Source of the DNA: Candidatus Kaiserbacteria bacterium
Lineage (GTDB): Bacteria; Patescibacteriota; Minisyncoccia; Phycocordibacterales; JABMNX01
DNA length: 64,000 bases
Direction: 5' to 3'
NCBI GenBank assembly: GCA_016186705.1
Contig: JACPLB010000003.1
Span: 18,508-82,507 of the forward strand
Shown one piece after another: positions 1 to 7,392 of this stretch (position 1 is its first letter; each line of letters begins with the position of its first letter). Made by a program: the position numbers and the translations under genes. The notes beneath the pieces were generated by a model. That model was not told the DNA's origin, did not search any database, and worked only from the letters and a program-made list of their open reading frames with translations.

Positions 1-697
1 CGTCAATGAGAAGATATTTCCATGTACCGCTGTAATACGCCCGTACCTCTTTATTTTTTTCGAGAAGCGAGGCTGCGACAAGAAGCAGGTCGTCAAAATC
101 AAGCGAGCGGTTTTCTTTGAGAATACGTTCATACGCTTTCCATACGCGCAGAACGGTTTGTTTCAAAAAATCATTCCCCGCATGTCTCTCGTATTCATGG
201 CACGCCGTTCCGTTTCCCTTTTCCCGGGAAATAATACCGAGCATCTTTTTCGGTTCGAACTGCTCGGCATCAACAAGGGTCTGTTTCATGGCATCTTTGA
301 CCGCGCGCAGGGAGTCGGCGCGGTCAAAGATGGTGAAATGGCGTTTCACATTGAGGAGACGCGCCTGTTCCCTGATAATGTGAACTCCAAGCGAATGAAA
401 CGTTGAAACAAACGGGAAGGGAGTACGCTGCGCCTCTCGTGAAATCGGGAGATTGAGGTCCCGGTCGCTCGCAAGGAGCGCCGCCACCCGCTCCCGCATC
501 TCCTTCGCCGCCTTGTTGGTGAAGGTAACAGCAAGTATTTCTTCAGGGAGGACTCCTTCCTTTATCAAATGAAGGACTCGGTGCGCCAACACTCGTGTTT
601 TTCCAGCACCGGCACCCGCGACAATGAGAAGCGGTCCATCCTTGTGAAGTACGGCGCGTCTCTGGGCAGGGTTGAGGTCGTCAAGGTGGTTCACCAA
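1..697 (-). CDS. UvrD/PcrA/Rep-family ATP-dependent DNA helicase, N-terminal part; the gene runs off the window start
   Basis: Minus-strand translation from about 697 reads LVNHLDDLNPAQRRAVLHKDGPLLIVAGAGAGKTRVLAHRVLHLIKEG...TFTNKAAKEM, with a Walker A GAGAGKT and helicase motifs I/Ia. The only in-frame starts near 694-697 are TTG or GTG, not ATG. The ORF track lists no minus-strand ORF covering this frame. Confidence 0.8.
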   Translation of the reverse strand, partial: MVNHLDDLNPAQRRAVLHKDGPLLIVAGAGAGKTRVLAHRVLHLIKEGVLPEEILAVTFTNKAAKEMRERVAALLASDRDLNLPISREAQRTPFPFVSTFHSLGVHIIREQARLLNVKRHFTIFDRADSLRAVKDAMKQTLVDAEQFEPKKMLGIISREKGNGTACHEYERHAGNDFLKQTVLRVWKAYERILKENRSLDFDDLLLVAASLLEKNKEVRAYYSGTWKYLLID

Positions 698-786
698 AAG
701 ACTATAGCATACGACCCGGTAAAAAGGCCTTGAAATGGCTTTATTCAAAGGGTTCCGGGAACTCTTTTTTGACTGTGTATAATTCA

Positions 787-814
787 TTGACTTTTTATAT
801 GGGAAAGCTATAGT
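787..814 (+). promoter_or_regulatory. sigma70-like promoter (TTGACT, 16 nt spacer, TATAGT) ahead of a roughly 140-nt leader for the LysM-M23 gene
   Basis: The -35 TTGACT lies at 787-792 and the -10 TATAGT at 809-814, with a 16-nt spacer. Confidence 0.5.
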
Positions 815-960
815 GGAAAAGTATCGGGATAGTTGTTAATTCCGTGGCTCAACAGAGCCATTTACTGCTGATGTACGCTTGATATCCCGTTAATCTTCGG
901 CTTATAAACTCAAATCCACAAGACTCTGACCCCTTAAAACGGCGCGCACGAAACGGTCAG

Positions 961-1986
961 ATGACAGAAAGGACACATCCGTGGCTTTCCGCCTCGCTTT
1001 TACCCGTTGTCCTCTCCGGGATACTCGCGTTTATCCCGATCTTTGCGCATGCGGGGATATTCTCATTTGTTTCCGGCATTCTCAGTCAGAATCAGGCAAA
1101 AGCGGCAGAGAACTACAATTCGCAGACGGCGTTTCTCCTTGAGGCAGCTTTAAACGTCGACCCGAATCCGTCAAAAGGAGGCGGAGATATTACTGTCGTT
1201 GATGAAAGCGCATTGCTCCCTGAGACGGGTCCTTACGGGACACTTGCTGACATTAAAGACCGTTCGAAGATTGGAGGACAGATTAGCATTTACGTCGTAA
1301 GAACAGGAGACACTCTTTCTGAGATAGCGCAGATGTTCGGAGTCTCAGTCAATACGATTATCTGGGGCAATAATATTAAAAATGGTGTCATTCAGGAAGG
1401 AGAAACTCTTGCCATTCTCCCTATTACCGGCGTTCGTCATACGGTCAAGAAAGGAGATACGCTGAAGAGTATAACTGAATATTACAAAGGAGATTTGAAT
1501 GAAATCCTCCAATATAACGGGCTTACTGAAAGTTCAAAACTTGCAATCGGTGACATTGTTATCATACCTGATGGTGTTTTGGTAACCCCGGCCTATAACG
1601 GCGCTCCAAGCGTTGTTGGTGCAAGTGGGGTATCAAACTACTCCGGTTACTATCTCCGTCCCGTTACGAATAGTATAAAGTCGCAAGGACTTCACGGATA
1701 TAACGGTGTTGACCTTGCGGCGCCCTACGGCACTCCGATCCTCGCGTCTGCCTCGGGTACTGTCATCGTCTCCCGCGGTGCGGGATGGAATGGAGGGTAT
1801 GGAAACTACATCGTCATTACCCATGACAACGGCACGCAGACACTCTACGCGCACAATTCGCAAAATATTGTCTATGGCGGTCAGTATGTCGTCCAAGGAC
1901 AAGTCATCGGGTATGTCGGTACTACCGGGCGCTCCACCGGACCACATCTCCACTTTGAAGTCCGCGGAGCTAAGAATCCATTTTAA
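961..1986 (+). CDS. secreted LysM-domain M23 family metallopeptidase (peptidoglycan hydrolase)
   Basis: There is an N-terminal signal/TM segment and two LysM repeats (YVVRTGDTLSEIAQMFGVSVNTI and HTVKKGDTLKSITEYY). The C-terminal M23 motifs are HGYNGVDLAAPYGTPILASASGTV and GPHLHFEV. Confidence 0.9.
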   Translation: MTERTHPWLSASLLPVVLSGILAFIPIFAHAGIFSFVSGILSQNQAKAAENYNSQTAFLLEAALNVDPNPSKGGGDITVVDESALLPETGPYGTLADIKDRSKIGGQISIYVVRTGDTLSEIAQMFGVSVNTIIWGNNIKNGVIQEGETLAILPITGVRHTVKKGDTLKSITEYYKGDLNEILQYNGLTESSKLAIGDIVIIPDGVLVTPAYNGAPSVVGASGVSNYSGYYLRPVTNSIKSQGLHGYNGVDLAAPYGTPILASASGTVIVSRGAGWNGGYGNYIVITHDNGTQTLYAHNSQNIVYGGQYVVQGQVIGYVGTTGRSTGPHLHFEVRGAKNPF

Positions 1987-2044
1987 ACAGCTTCCGGCTT
2001 CCAGCTTTTAGCTTTTAGATAAAACGCAAGTTTAAAAAACAACA

Positions 2045-2076
2045 AAAAACGCCACAGGTGCCTGTGGCGTTTTTTG
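2045..2076. terminator. bidirectional intrinsic terminator (A-tract, 9-bp GC stem, T-tract)
   Basis: The sequence is aaaaaacgccacaggtgcctgtggcgtttttt. A near-identical element lies at 26183-26212. Confidence 0.75.
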
Positions 2077-2160
2077 CGTCAGTAAAACTGCCCCGATATC
2101 GAAGAAACTTAAAAAACGTGTACACAGACTCAAGAATTAATCCCCCAAGTTCCATTGTTG

Positions 2161-2194
2161 CCATTGCTTAAGTTCTTAAGAACTTAAGCAATGG
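2161..2194 (-). terminator. perfect 34-bp palindrome (hairpin) downstream of the minus-strand gene ending at 2210
   Basis: ccattgcttaagttcttaagaacttaagcaatgg is self-complementary. Confidence 0.45.
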
Positions 2195-2209
2195 TCAGGT
2201 AGTAGGGTT

Positions 2210-2542
2210 TTAGAGAATTAATTCAGCGATTCGTTTGTTCTTTTTTTCTATTTTTTCAATCAACGCCGTAAGATTGTTTATTTTTTGTTTTGCTTTCAAG
2301 AAAACAATAAAACCTGCAAGTGCGAAAAGTCCCAAGACGCTGAATATAAAAATAGTCAGCCACGCTTGTTCAAATATGGGATGAAAATCTTTTGCCGCGA
2401 CGAGGAAAGCCGCAAACGCGATTGCCGCAGTAAATACCGCAAGACCGGTTCGGAGCAGAGCGTAGTATGTTCTTTTCTCGGCAAGCAGTAGCTGCGATTC
2501 TGCAAGCAAGAGAGCTTCTTCTTTTGCGTCGCGTACAGACAT
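2210..2542 (-). CDS. small membrane protein, DUF202/YidH-like
   Basis: The N-terminus carries an LAESQLLLAEKRTYYALLRTGLAV-type motif and two predicted TM helices follow. Confidence 0.5.
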   Translation of the reverse strand: MSVRDAKEEALLLAESQLLLAEKRTYYALLRTGLAVFTAAIAFAAFLVAAKDFHPIFEQAWLTIFIFSVLGLFALAGFIVFLKAKQKINNLTALIEKIEKKNKRIAELIL

Positions 2543-2641
2543 CTTTTAATTATAAGCACCGCTTTTACTTCAATCAATTTTTTCAACCGTACTCAGGACA
2601 CTATTGATCGCGGGCGGTATTGGAGGGCTTCGAGAAACTAT

Positions 2642-3403
2642 TTATGTCGGCCGATATCGGTCCCACGCCATGTCGTGAATACTTTCCATCGTTCGTGCTA
2701 TTACTTCATTTTTTATCAAAATAGCAAACGGTTTCTTTTTTGCTGATTCCATAAAGACCCAATCCCCGCTTACCGCGAAGCTCGCTTCAATCGGGTACGC
2801 TTCAGGAGAGACAATTTGTATCTCAAGAAGATTTTCTTCGCTCTTTGCAAAGAGTCCTTCCATCCATGGTGTTTGCTCTCGTGCGGAAAGTATAACACGC
2901 GCGGAAATGCCACGCGCAACACGCCGCTTCACGTATTCGTCAAATTGCCGTGCGCCGATGAGCCGCTCTACATACGCGATATTTTCAAATGTTTTCCATA
3001 ATGTTACTTTTGTCTCATGTAAAAAAATATCCGCCGCGGTGTGTATTCCTTCACGTCCCTCAAAATAACGGACCCATGTTTCTCCCGAGCTGCCGGCGAT
3101 ACTGTCACTGAATTGTTTGACTATTTCTTTAAGGTCGGCGCGTCTTCTTTCAAAAATGTTCTCCAGATGTTTTGGGTCAACGGCGCGGTATAGCGTACGC
3201 TTTCCTTTTGTCGGTAGTGAAGAAATAAATCCCTTCATTATTAACTGTTTGAGAGGAGGGTAAACGGCAGTGCGCGGAATGCCCGCGCGAACAGCAAGCG
3301 CGCTTATTGTAGTGTTTGGTTCATCAAGAGCCGCAAAATATAAGCGAGACTCGTAGTCGCTTAAATTAAAAACATGCGCGAGGCGCTTTGCAGGTTCGTT
3401 CAT
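2642..3403 (-). CDS. TrmB-family winged-helix transcriptional regulator with a C-terminal effector domain
   Basis: An N-terminal HTH (LSDYESRLYFAALDEPNTTISALAVRAGIPRTAVYPPLKQLIMKGFIS) marks the family. The ATG (MNEPAKRL) sits 7 nt after a consensus -10, so the TTG at 3439 in the ORF track is actually the -35 TTGACA. A paralog lies at 11717-12553. Confidence 0.75.
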   Translation of the reverse strand: MNEPAKRLAHVFNLSDYESRLYFAALDEPNTTISALAVRAGIPRTAVYPPLKQLIMKGFISSLPTKGKRTLYRAVDPKHLENIFERRRADLKEIVKQFSDSIAGSSGETWVRYFEGREGIHTAADIFLHETKVTLWKTFENIAYVERLIGARQFDEYVKRRVARGISARVILSAREQTPWMEGLFAKSEENLLEIQIVSPEAYPIEASFAVSGDWVFMESAKKKPFAILIKNEVIARTMESIHDMAWDRYRPT

Positions 3404-3409
3404 GTTAGG

Positions 3410-3460
3410 AATTATATAAAAAATTACATCACGTGTCAATTAAATGACGTTAAAAACGTC
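3410..3460 (-). promoter_or_regulatory. near-leaderless promoter (TTGACA, 17 nt, TATAAT) with the palindrome TGACGTTaaaAACGTCA immediately upstream
   Basis: On the plus strand the -35 is tgtcaa at 3434-3439 and the -10 is attata. The palindrome spans 3444-3460 and is a candidate autoregulatory operator. Confidence 0.55.
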
Positions 3461-3481
3461 ATAAATTGATTTTAATAAATG

Positions 3482-3505
3482 CTTATATATAAGCTTATAT
3501 ATAAG
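3482..3505. repeat. tandem duplication of the palindromic 12-mer GCTTATATATAA
   Basis: The sequence gcttatatataagcttatatataagg sits in the divergent intergenic region between the TrmB regulator and ORF 3618. Confidence 0.6.
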
Positions 3506-3617
3506 GCGATTTTATGGATTCTTCGTAGAAGTGAGGTAAAACATTGACATTATTTATTTTTTACTTTATTATTTACACTAGTTTTTAGCTCTTTGACACA
3601 GCATTCAGGAGGTTGTA

Positions 3618-4169
3618 ATGAGCAGCACGGGTAGGACTTTTGTTGCAGTTAAAATGTGGAAACCGCTATCTAAGGCAGAAGAAAAGAAGAGAAAAGAAAA
3701 GGAAGAGAAAGAGAAAAAGGAAGAGAGAAAGCGGCAAAAACAACTGGGTGAAAAATTAAAAAGAGATATAAAAGAAGAGAAAGAGGAAGAGAAAATAGAA
3801 AAAGAGGAGACACGGAGGTCACCTTCGGGTCGTGCCGCTCGGCTACTCATCAAGGTCGCGAAAGAAATCAGAAAAAGAGGGCTTTGCGGCACCTTTGAAA
3901 TTCTTGGAAAACCCGGAAATAGTCGTGTTGGTGTCCTAGCGGGTAGTCTCTACAATTATACTGCTCACTTTGAGTCGAGGCCGGGACGTGCCTTATTGGA
4001 GATTAAGTGCGTCCATGGTCGCTGTCCGGAAATACCTGCGGGGTATTTTTCACTCGCAATTCCCATTAAACCCGACAAAATAGAAAGTGTGGCCCAGAGG
4101 CTTGAAGACTGCGAAGTAACATCAATCGAAATCAAGAGATTCATAAAAAAGCTCGGATTGAAACTCTAA
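3618..4169 (+). CDS. hypothetical protein with a K/E-rich low-complexity N-terminus and a Cys-containing C-terminal domain
   Basis: A GGAGG SD lies 6 nt upstream. Residues 20-70 form a KEKEEKEKKEERKRQK-type coiled/charged region, and the C-terminus contains CGTFEILG...CVHGRCPEIP. I recognise no family. Confidence 0.6.
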   Translation: MSSTGRTFVAVKMWKPLSKAEEKKRKEKEEKEKKEERKRQKQLGEKLKRDIKEEKEEEKIEKEETRRSPSGRAARLLIKVAKEIRKRGLCGTFEILGKPGNSRVGVLAGSLYNYTAHFESRPGRALLEIKCVHGRCPEIPAGYFSLAIPIKPDKIESVAQRLEDCEVTSIEIKRFIKKLGLKL

Positions 4170-4240
4170 GACTTCAATGTGGGAGTGAACGAAATCTGCG
4201 TGCTCCTACTGAGCTTGAAATAACCCCGGTTTGTGAGTAG

Positions 4241-4270
4241 GCGGCGATGAAAACATCGCCGCATTTTTTT
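4241..4270. terminator. bidirectional intrinsic terminator
   Basis: The hairpin gcggcgatgaaaacatcgccgc is followed by attttttt. Confidence 0.7.
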
Positions 4271-5768
4271 AATACACAAACCGTCGCGGGCGGTACTGAA
4301 GGGCTTCGAGAACATGATTCTTTCCGACCTCTTCAGACTCTTCAATGTCGGCGATGGTACGCGCGAGTTTGATGACGCGGTGGTAGGCGCGCGGGGAAAG
4401 ATTAAGCTGGGACGCCGCTTCGTTTAAGATACTTCGCACGTCTTGTTGCAATAAAACGTGTTGCGTCAAATCACGAACCGTCATCTCGCTGTTTGTTTTG
4501 GTATCATGCTTAAATCGCTCTTTCTGCATAGCTCTCGCTGTATGCACGTGTTGCCGAAGCGCGTCTGATTCCCGCGGGTATTCTTTTCCATCAGAGAGCG
4601 TCCTGTGGTCAATGTGCCCGACTTCAATCCACATATCCACGCGGTCGACAATTGCCCCCGATATTTTCTTTTCAAAACGCGTTTGTTCAAGCCCGTCCTC
4701 GCGCGGAGGATTCATTGCGGCAACCAAAATGAAATTTGCCGGAAAAAGCGCGGACCCTTTTGAACGCACGACCGTGATTGAACGTTCTTCAAGCGGTTGC
4801 CGGAGCGCTTCAATCGTCCGCCGTTCAAATTCGGGAAACTCGTCAAGAAAAAGGACGCCGCGGTGCGCGAGCGTAATTTCTCCCGGTTTGGGCACGGTTC
4901 CCCCGCCGACCAAAGAGACGTACGAGGCGGTGTGATGGGGCGCACGGAAAGGCGGGGTGGTCATAAGAGGACTTTTCAGGACTCCGGCGACCGAATGTAT
5001 GGAGGTTACTTCAAGGCACTCTTCAAAGGAGAGATTCGGCAGAATATCGCTGAATGCCCGCGCGAGCATTGTTTTGCCGGTACCGGGAGGGCCGTAAAGG
5101 ACGATGTTGTGTCTGCCTGACGCGGCAATCAGAAGTCCTCGCTTCGCGCTCTCTTGCCCGCGGATGTCTCCAAAGTCAACTGCCTGCTCTCTATTTTCAT
5201 ACACTATCTCCGTACGCGGCTGTTTTGCAATCATCGCACGGTCTTCTGTGTCTTCATGAAGATGTCGTACGACGTCCGTGAGCGTTTCCGCTCCGTAAAT
5301 TTCAATATCGTCTATGAGCGCCGCCTCTTTCGCGTTTTCTTTCGGTACGAATACTTCCTTGAATCCGACTCGCTTTGCCTTGCGGACCAGAGGAAGCACG
5401 CCGTGAATACTTCGCAATTCCCCGTCAAGAGAGAGTTCCCCGAGAAAAAGTTTACCCGTCGGGTCAAATGAAATATCTTTCGTCGCAAGGAGGTAGCAAA
5501 GCGCCATGCCAAGGTCAAAGGCCGGACCCTCCTTCTTGAGGTCTGCAGGCGCGAGCGAAATAACCACTTTCTGATTCTTGTTTTTGGGAGATTTGTAGCC
5601 GGAATTCTTAATTGCAGCCGATACGCGGTCGCGCGACTCTTCAACCGCCTTGTCGGGAAGCCCCACGATAGAAAACGCGTGGAGTCCCTTTGAGAGGTCC
5701 ACCTCAATGTCAATAACGTGGGCATCAAGAAGTGTCGTCTGCGCGCTGTATACTTTTGCAAAACTCAT
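4269..5768 (-). CDS. comM: YifB/ComM family Mg-chelatase-like AAA+ ATPase
   Basis: It carries a Lon-like N-terminal domain and an AAA+ core (IVLYGPPGTGKTMLA), and the family is conserved over the full length. Confidence 0.9.
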   Translation of the reverse strand: MSFAKVYSAQTTLLDAHVIDIEVDLSKGLHAFSIVGLPDKAVEESRDRVSAAIKNSGYKSPKNKNQKVVISLAPADLKKEGPAFDLGMALCYLLATKDISFDPTGKLFLGELSLDGELRSIHGVLPLVRKAKRVGFKEVFVPKENAKEAALIDDIEIYGAETLTDVVRHLHEDTEDRAMIAKQPRTEIVYENREQAVDFGDIRGQESAKRGLLIAASGRHNIVLYGPPGTGKTMLARAFSDILPNLSFEECLEVTSIHSVAGVLKSPLMTTPPFRAPHHTASYVSLVGGGTVPKPGEITLAHRGVLFLDEFPEFERRTIEALRQPLEERSITVVRSKGSALFPANFILVAAMNPPREDGLEQTRFEKKISGAIVDRVDMWIEVGHIDHRTLSDGKEYPRESDALRQHVHTARAMQKERFKHDTKTNSEMTVRDLTQHVLLQQDVRSILNEAASQLNLSPRAYHRVIKLARTIADIEESEEVGKNHVLEALQYRPRRFVY

Positions 5769-5890
5769 CTTCTTAGAGAGAGGACACGATTATTAATTAT
5801 TTTCTTTTTCTACAGAACATTATCTCGCGCCATTTCTTTGTTGCGGGGGAGCTCTCTTTCGTATGCAAGAATCTATAGAGCCCCGACGGC

Positions 5891-6250
5891 TTAGTTCATG
5901 TGCTTCGTGCACGTCGTCGCGGCGGGATTCGCCTCAAGCCGCTCTTTCTCAATCGGCTCTCCCCCCGCTTCGCATACTCCATACGTACCGTCTTCAATAC
6001 GCTTCAGAGCGGCTTTGACGTCGTTGTACCTGACTTCAACCTCTTTGAGCACTCCCACATTGGTCTCATATTCTTCAATCGCGTCCGCCCGCTCATTCGG
6101 GTCGGCTTGCTGAATATCCAATCCTCCCCCTTTTGCCTCCCAGTCTTTCGGATTCTCCGGATTTTTTTCAGCAATGCTTGTAAGCTCGTGTGTCAGAGTA
6201 CGCAGTTCTTGTTCCAACTTTGTCTTGAAATACGCGGTATCAATTTCCAT
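5891..6250 (-). CDS. DksA/TraR-family protein with a degenerate C4 zinc finger
   Basis: The coiled-coil N-terminus and the C-terminal YGVCEAGGEPI...TTCTKH fit the family. Only one Cys of each pair is retained. Confidence 0.6.
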   Translation of the reverse strand: MEIDTAYFKTKLEQELRTLTHELTSIAEKNPENPKDWEAKGGGLDIQQADPNERADAIEEYETNVGVLKEVEVRYNDVKAALKRIEDGTYGVCEAGGEPIEKERLEANPAATTCTKHMN

Positions 6251-6308
6251 ATACTACGATACTATCAGAGAGCGTCGCGCTGGCAAAGTCGCCTCGTTAT
6301 AGCAACGG

Positions 6309-7370
6309 CTAGAAAATACGCACGGTGCGTAGCCGAGTGATGACTTCAGTGAGAGAATTTTCGTTTGTCGTTATGATAAGCGTCTCTCGGTCGGGGAACG
6401 CGTAGAGAAATTCAATACCCCCCGTTTCGTTGAGAAGTACGCGCGTATCGATATTTTGTATGACTTTGTCCTCAAACGCCGTTTTCAGAGGAGTGTTTTC
6501 TCCGGTCAGAGGATTTTTTGGAATCTCAAGAAAAGTAGCGGCGCCTCTGCCCATGAACGGGAACAGGTCGTCATAGATGGAGCGCTCCCACTCAAGCATG
6601 CCGGCGAAACTGTGCTGGTATGATTCCGATTTGAATATCATAAACGGCTGATTTTGGTTGAAGACGTGGATTCCCACCATGTAGTCTGGCGAGAGCGAGC
6701 GGAGAAACGCATCGCTTACCCGTGCGCCGACCTTCTGTAAAAATTCTTCGGCGGAAATAATTTGTTGCTCTCCCGTATCGGGATTCAATTCCGTAAGGTA
6801 GACCTGCGTGACTTGACCAAGCGGAAGGGAAACCGCTCGCCGCAATTCCCCGAGCATCCGCACAATCTCTGGGGTATCCTTTCCAGTTACATCAATGCCT
6901 TCGTGCTCCTCGGCAAAGATGAGAGACGGAATCTCTTCTTCAATACTGACTTTTGGCGGCTCGTAGAAAAAGAGAAAAAATCCAAGAAGTCCGATGCCGA
7001 GCAGAATAAAAAGCACGCTCCCTGAAATGACGGAGAGCCTCTGGTAATCAAGTTTCCTCGGAGCGGTCTCCTCGATGCTTTTCGAGGTTCTCGTTCGCCG
7101 ACGTTCCTCCGCGGCAGTCGCGCTTGTGAGTGAAGTATTTTGCCTCTTTATTGCCTCAAGAATGTCTTCCTTGTATGTCCGTATCCGGCGCACCAGCCCT
7201 CCCTCGCCGTTCTCCTCTTTCGGTTGAGGGATGCGGAAAACTTCAGTTTCCTTTCCCTCGTTTTTCTGTACCGTCGAAGTTTCCGGTACTGGGAGAGCCT
7301 CTTCCGTTTGTTCCGGACGTTCTTGAGACGACTCTCTGTGATTTTGTTGTGTATCAGGTTTCTGTTCCAT
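6309..7370 (-). CDS. hypothetical single-pass membrane protein with a charged N-terminus and a large extracytoplasmic domain
   Basis: One TM helix is present (LSVISGSVLFILLGIGLLGFFLFFY). The start is placed at MEQKPDT to avoid overlapping the pnp 3' end. I recognise no family. Confidence 0.5.
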   Translation of the reverse strand: MEQKPDTQQNHRESSQERPEQTEEALPVPETSTVQKNEGKETEVFRIPQPKEENGEGGLVRRIRTYKEDILEAIKRQNTSLTSATAAEERRRTRTSKSIEETAPRKLDYQRLSVISGSVLFILLGIGLLGFFLFFYEPPKVSIEEEIPSLIFAEEHEGIDVTGKDTPEIVRMLGELRRAVSLPLGQVTQVYLTELNPDTGEQQIISAEEFLQKVGARVSDAFLRSLSPDYMVGIHVFNQNQPFMIFKSESYQHSFAGMLEWERSIYDDLFPFMGRGAATFLEIPKNPLTGENTPLKTAFEDKVIQNIDTRVLLNETGGIEFLYAFPDRETLIITTNENSLTEVITRLRTVRIF

Positions 7371-7392
7371 TGTCCGAATGAGGTTGCAAGTA

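Noticed and set aside
117-534. Plus-strand and minus-strand small ORFs 117-383, 158-406 and 346-534.
   Set aside because: They lie inside or antisense to the clear UvrD-family helicase frame (minus strand). These are shadow ORFs.
815-960. A c-di-AMP (ydaO) riboswitch upstream of the LysM-M23 hydrolase.
   Set aside because: The leader lacks the paired GGGG/CCCG pseudo-symmetric halves and the conserved ACGR elements. I report it only as an unclassified structured leader.
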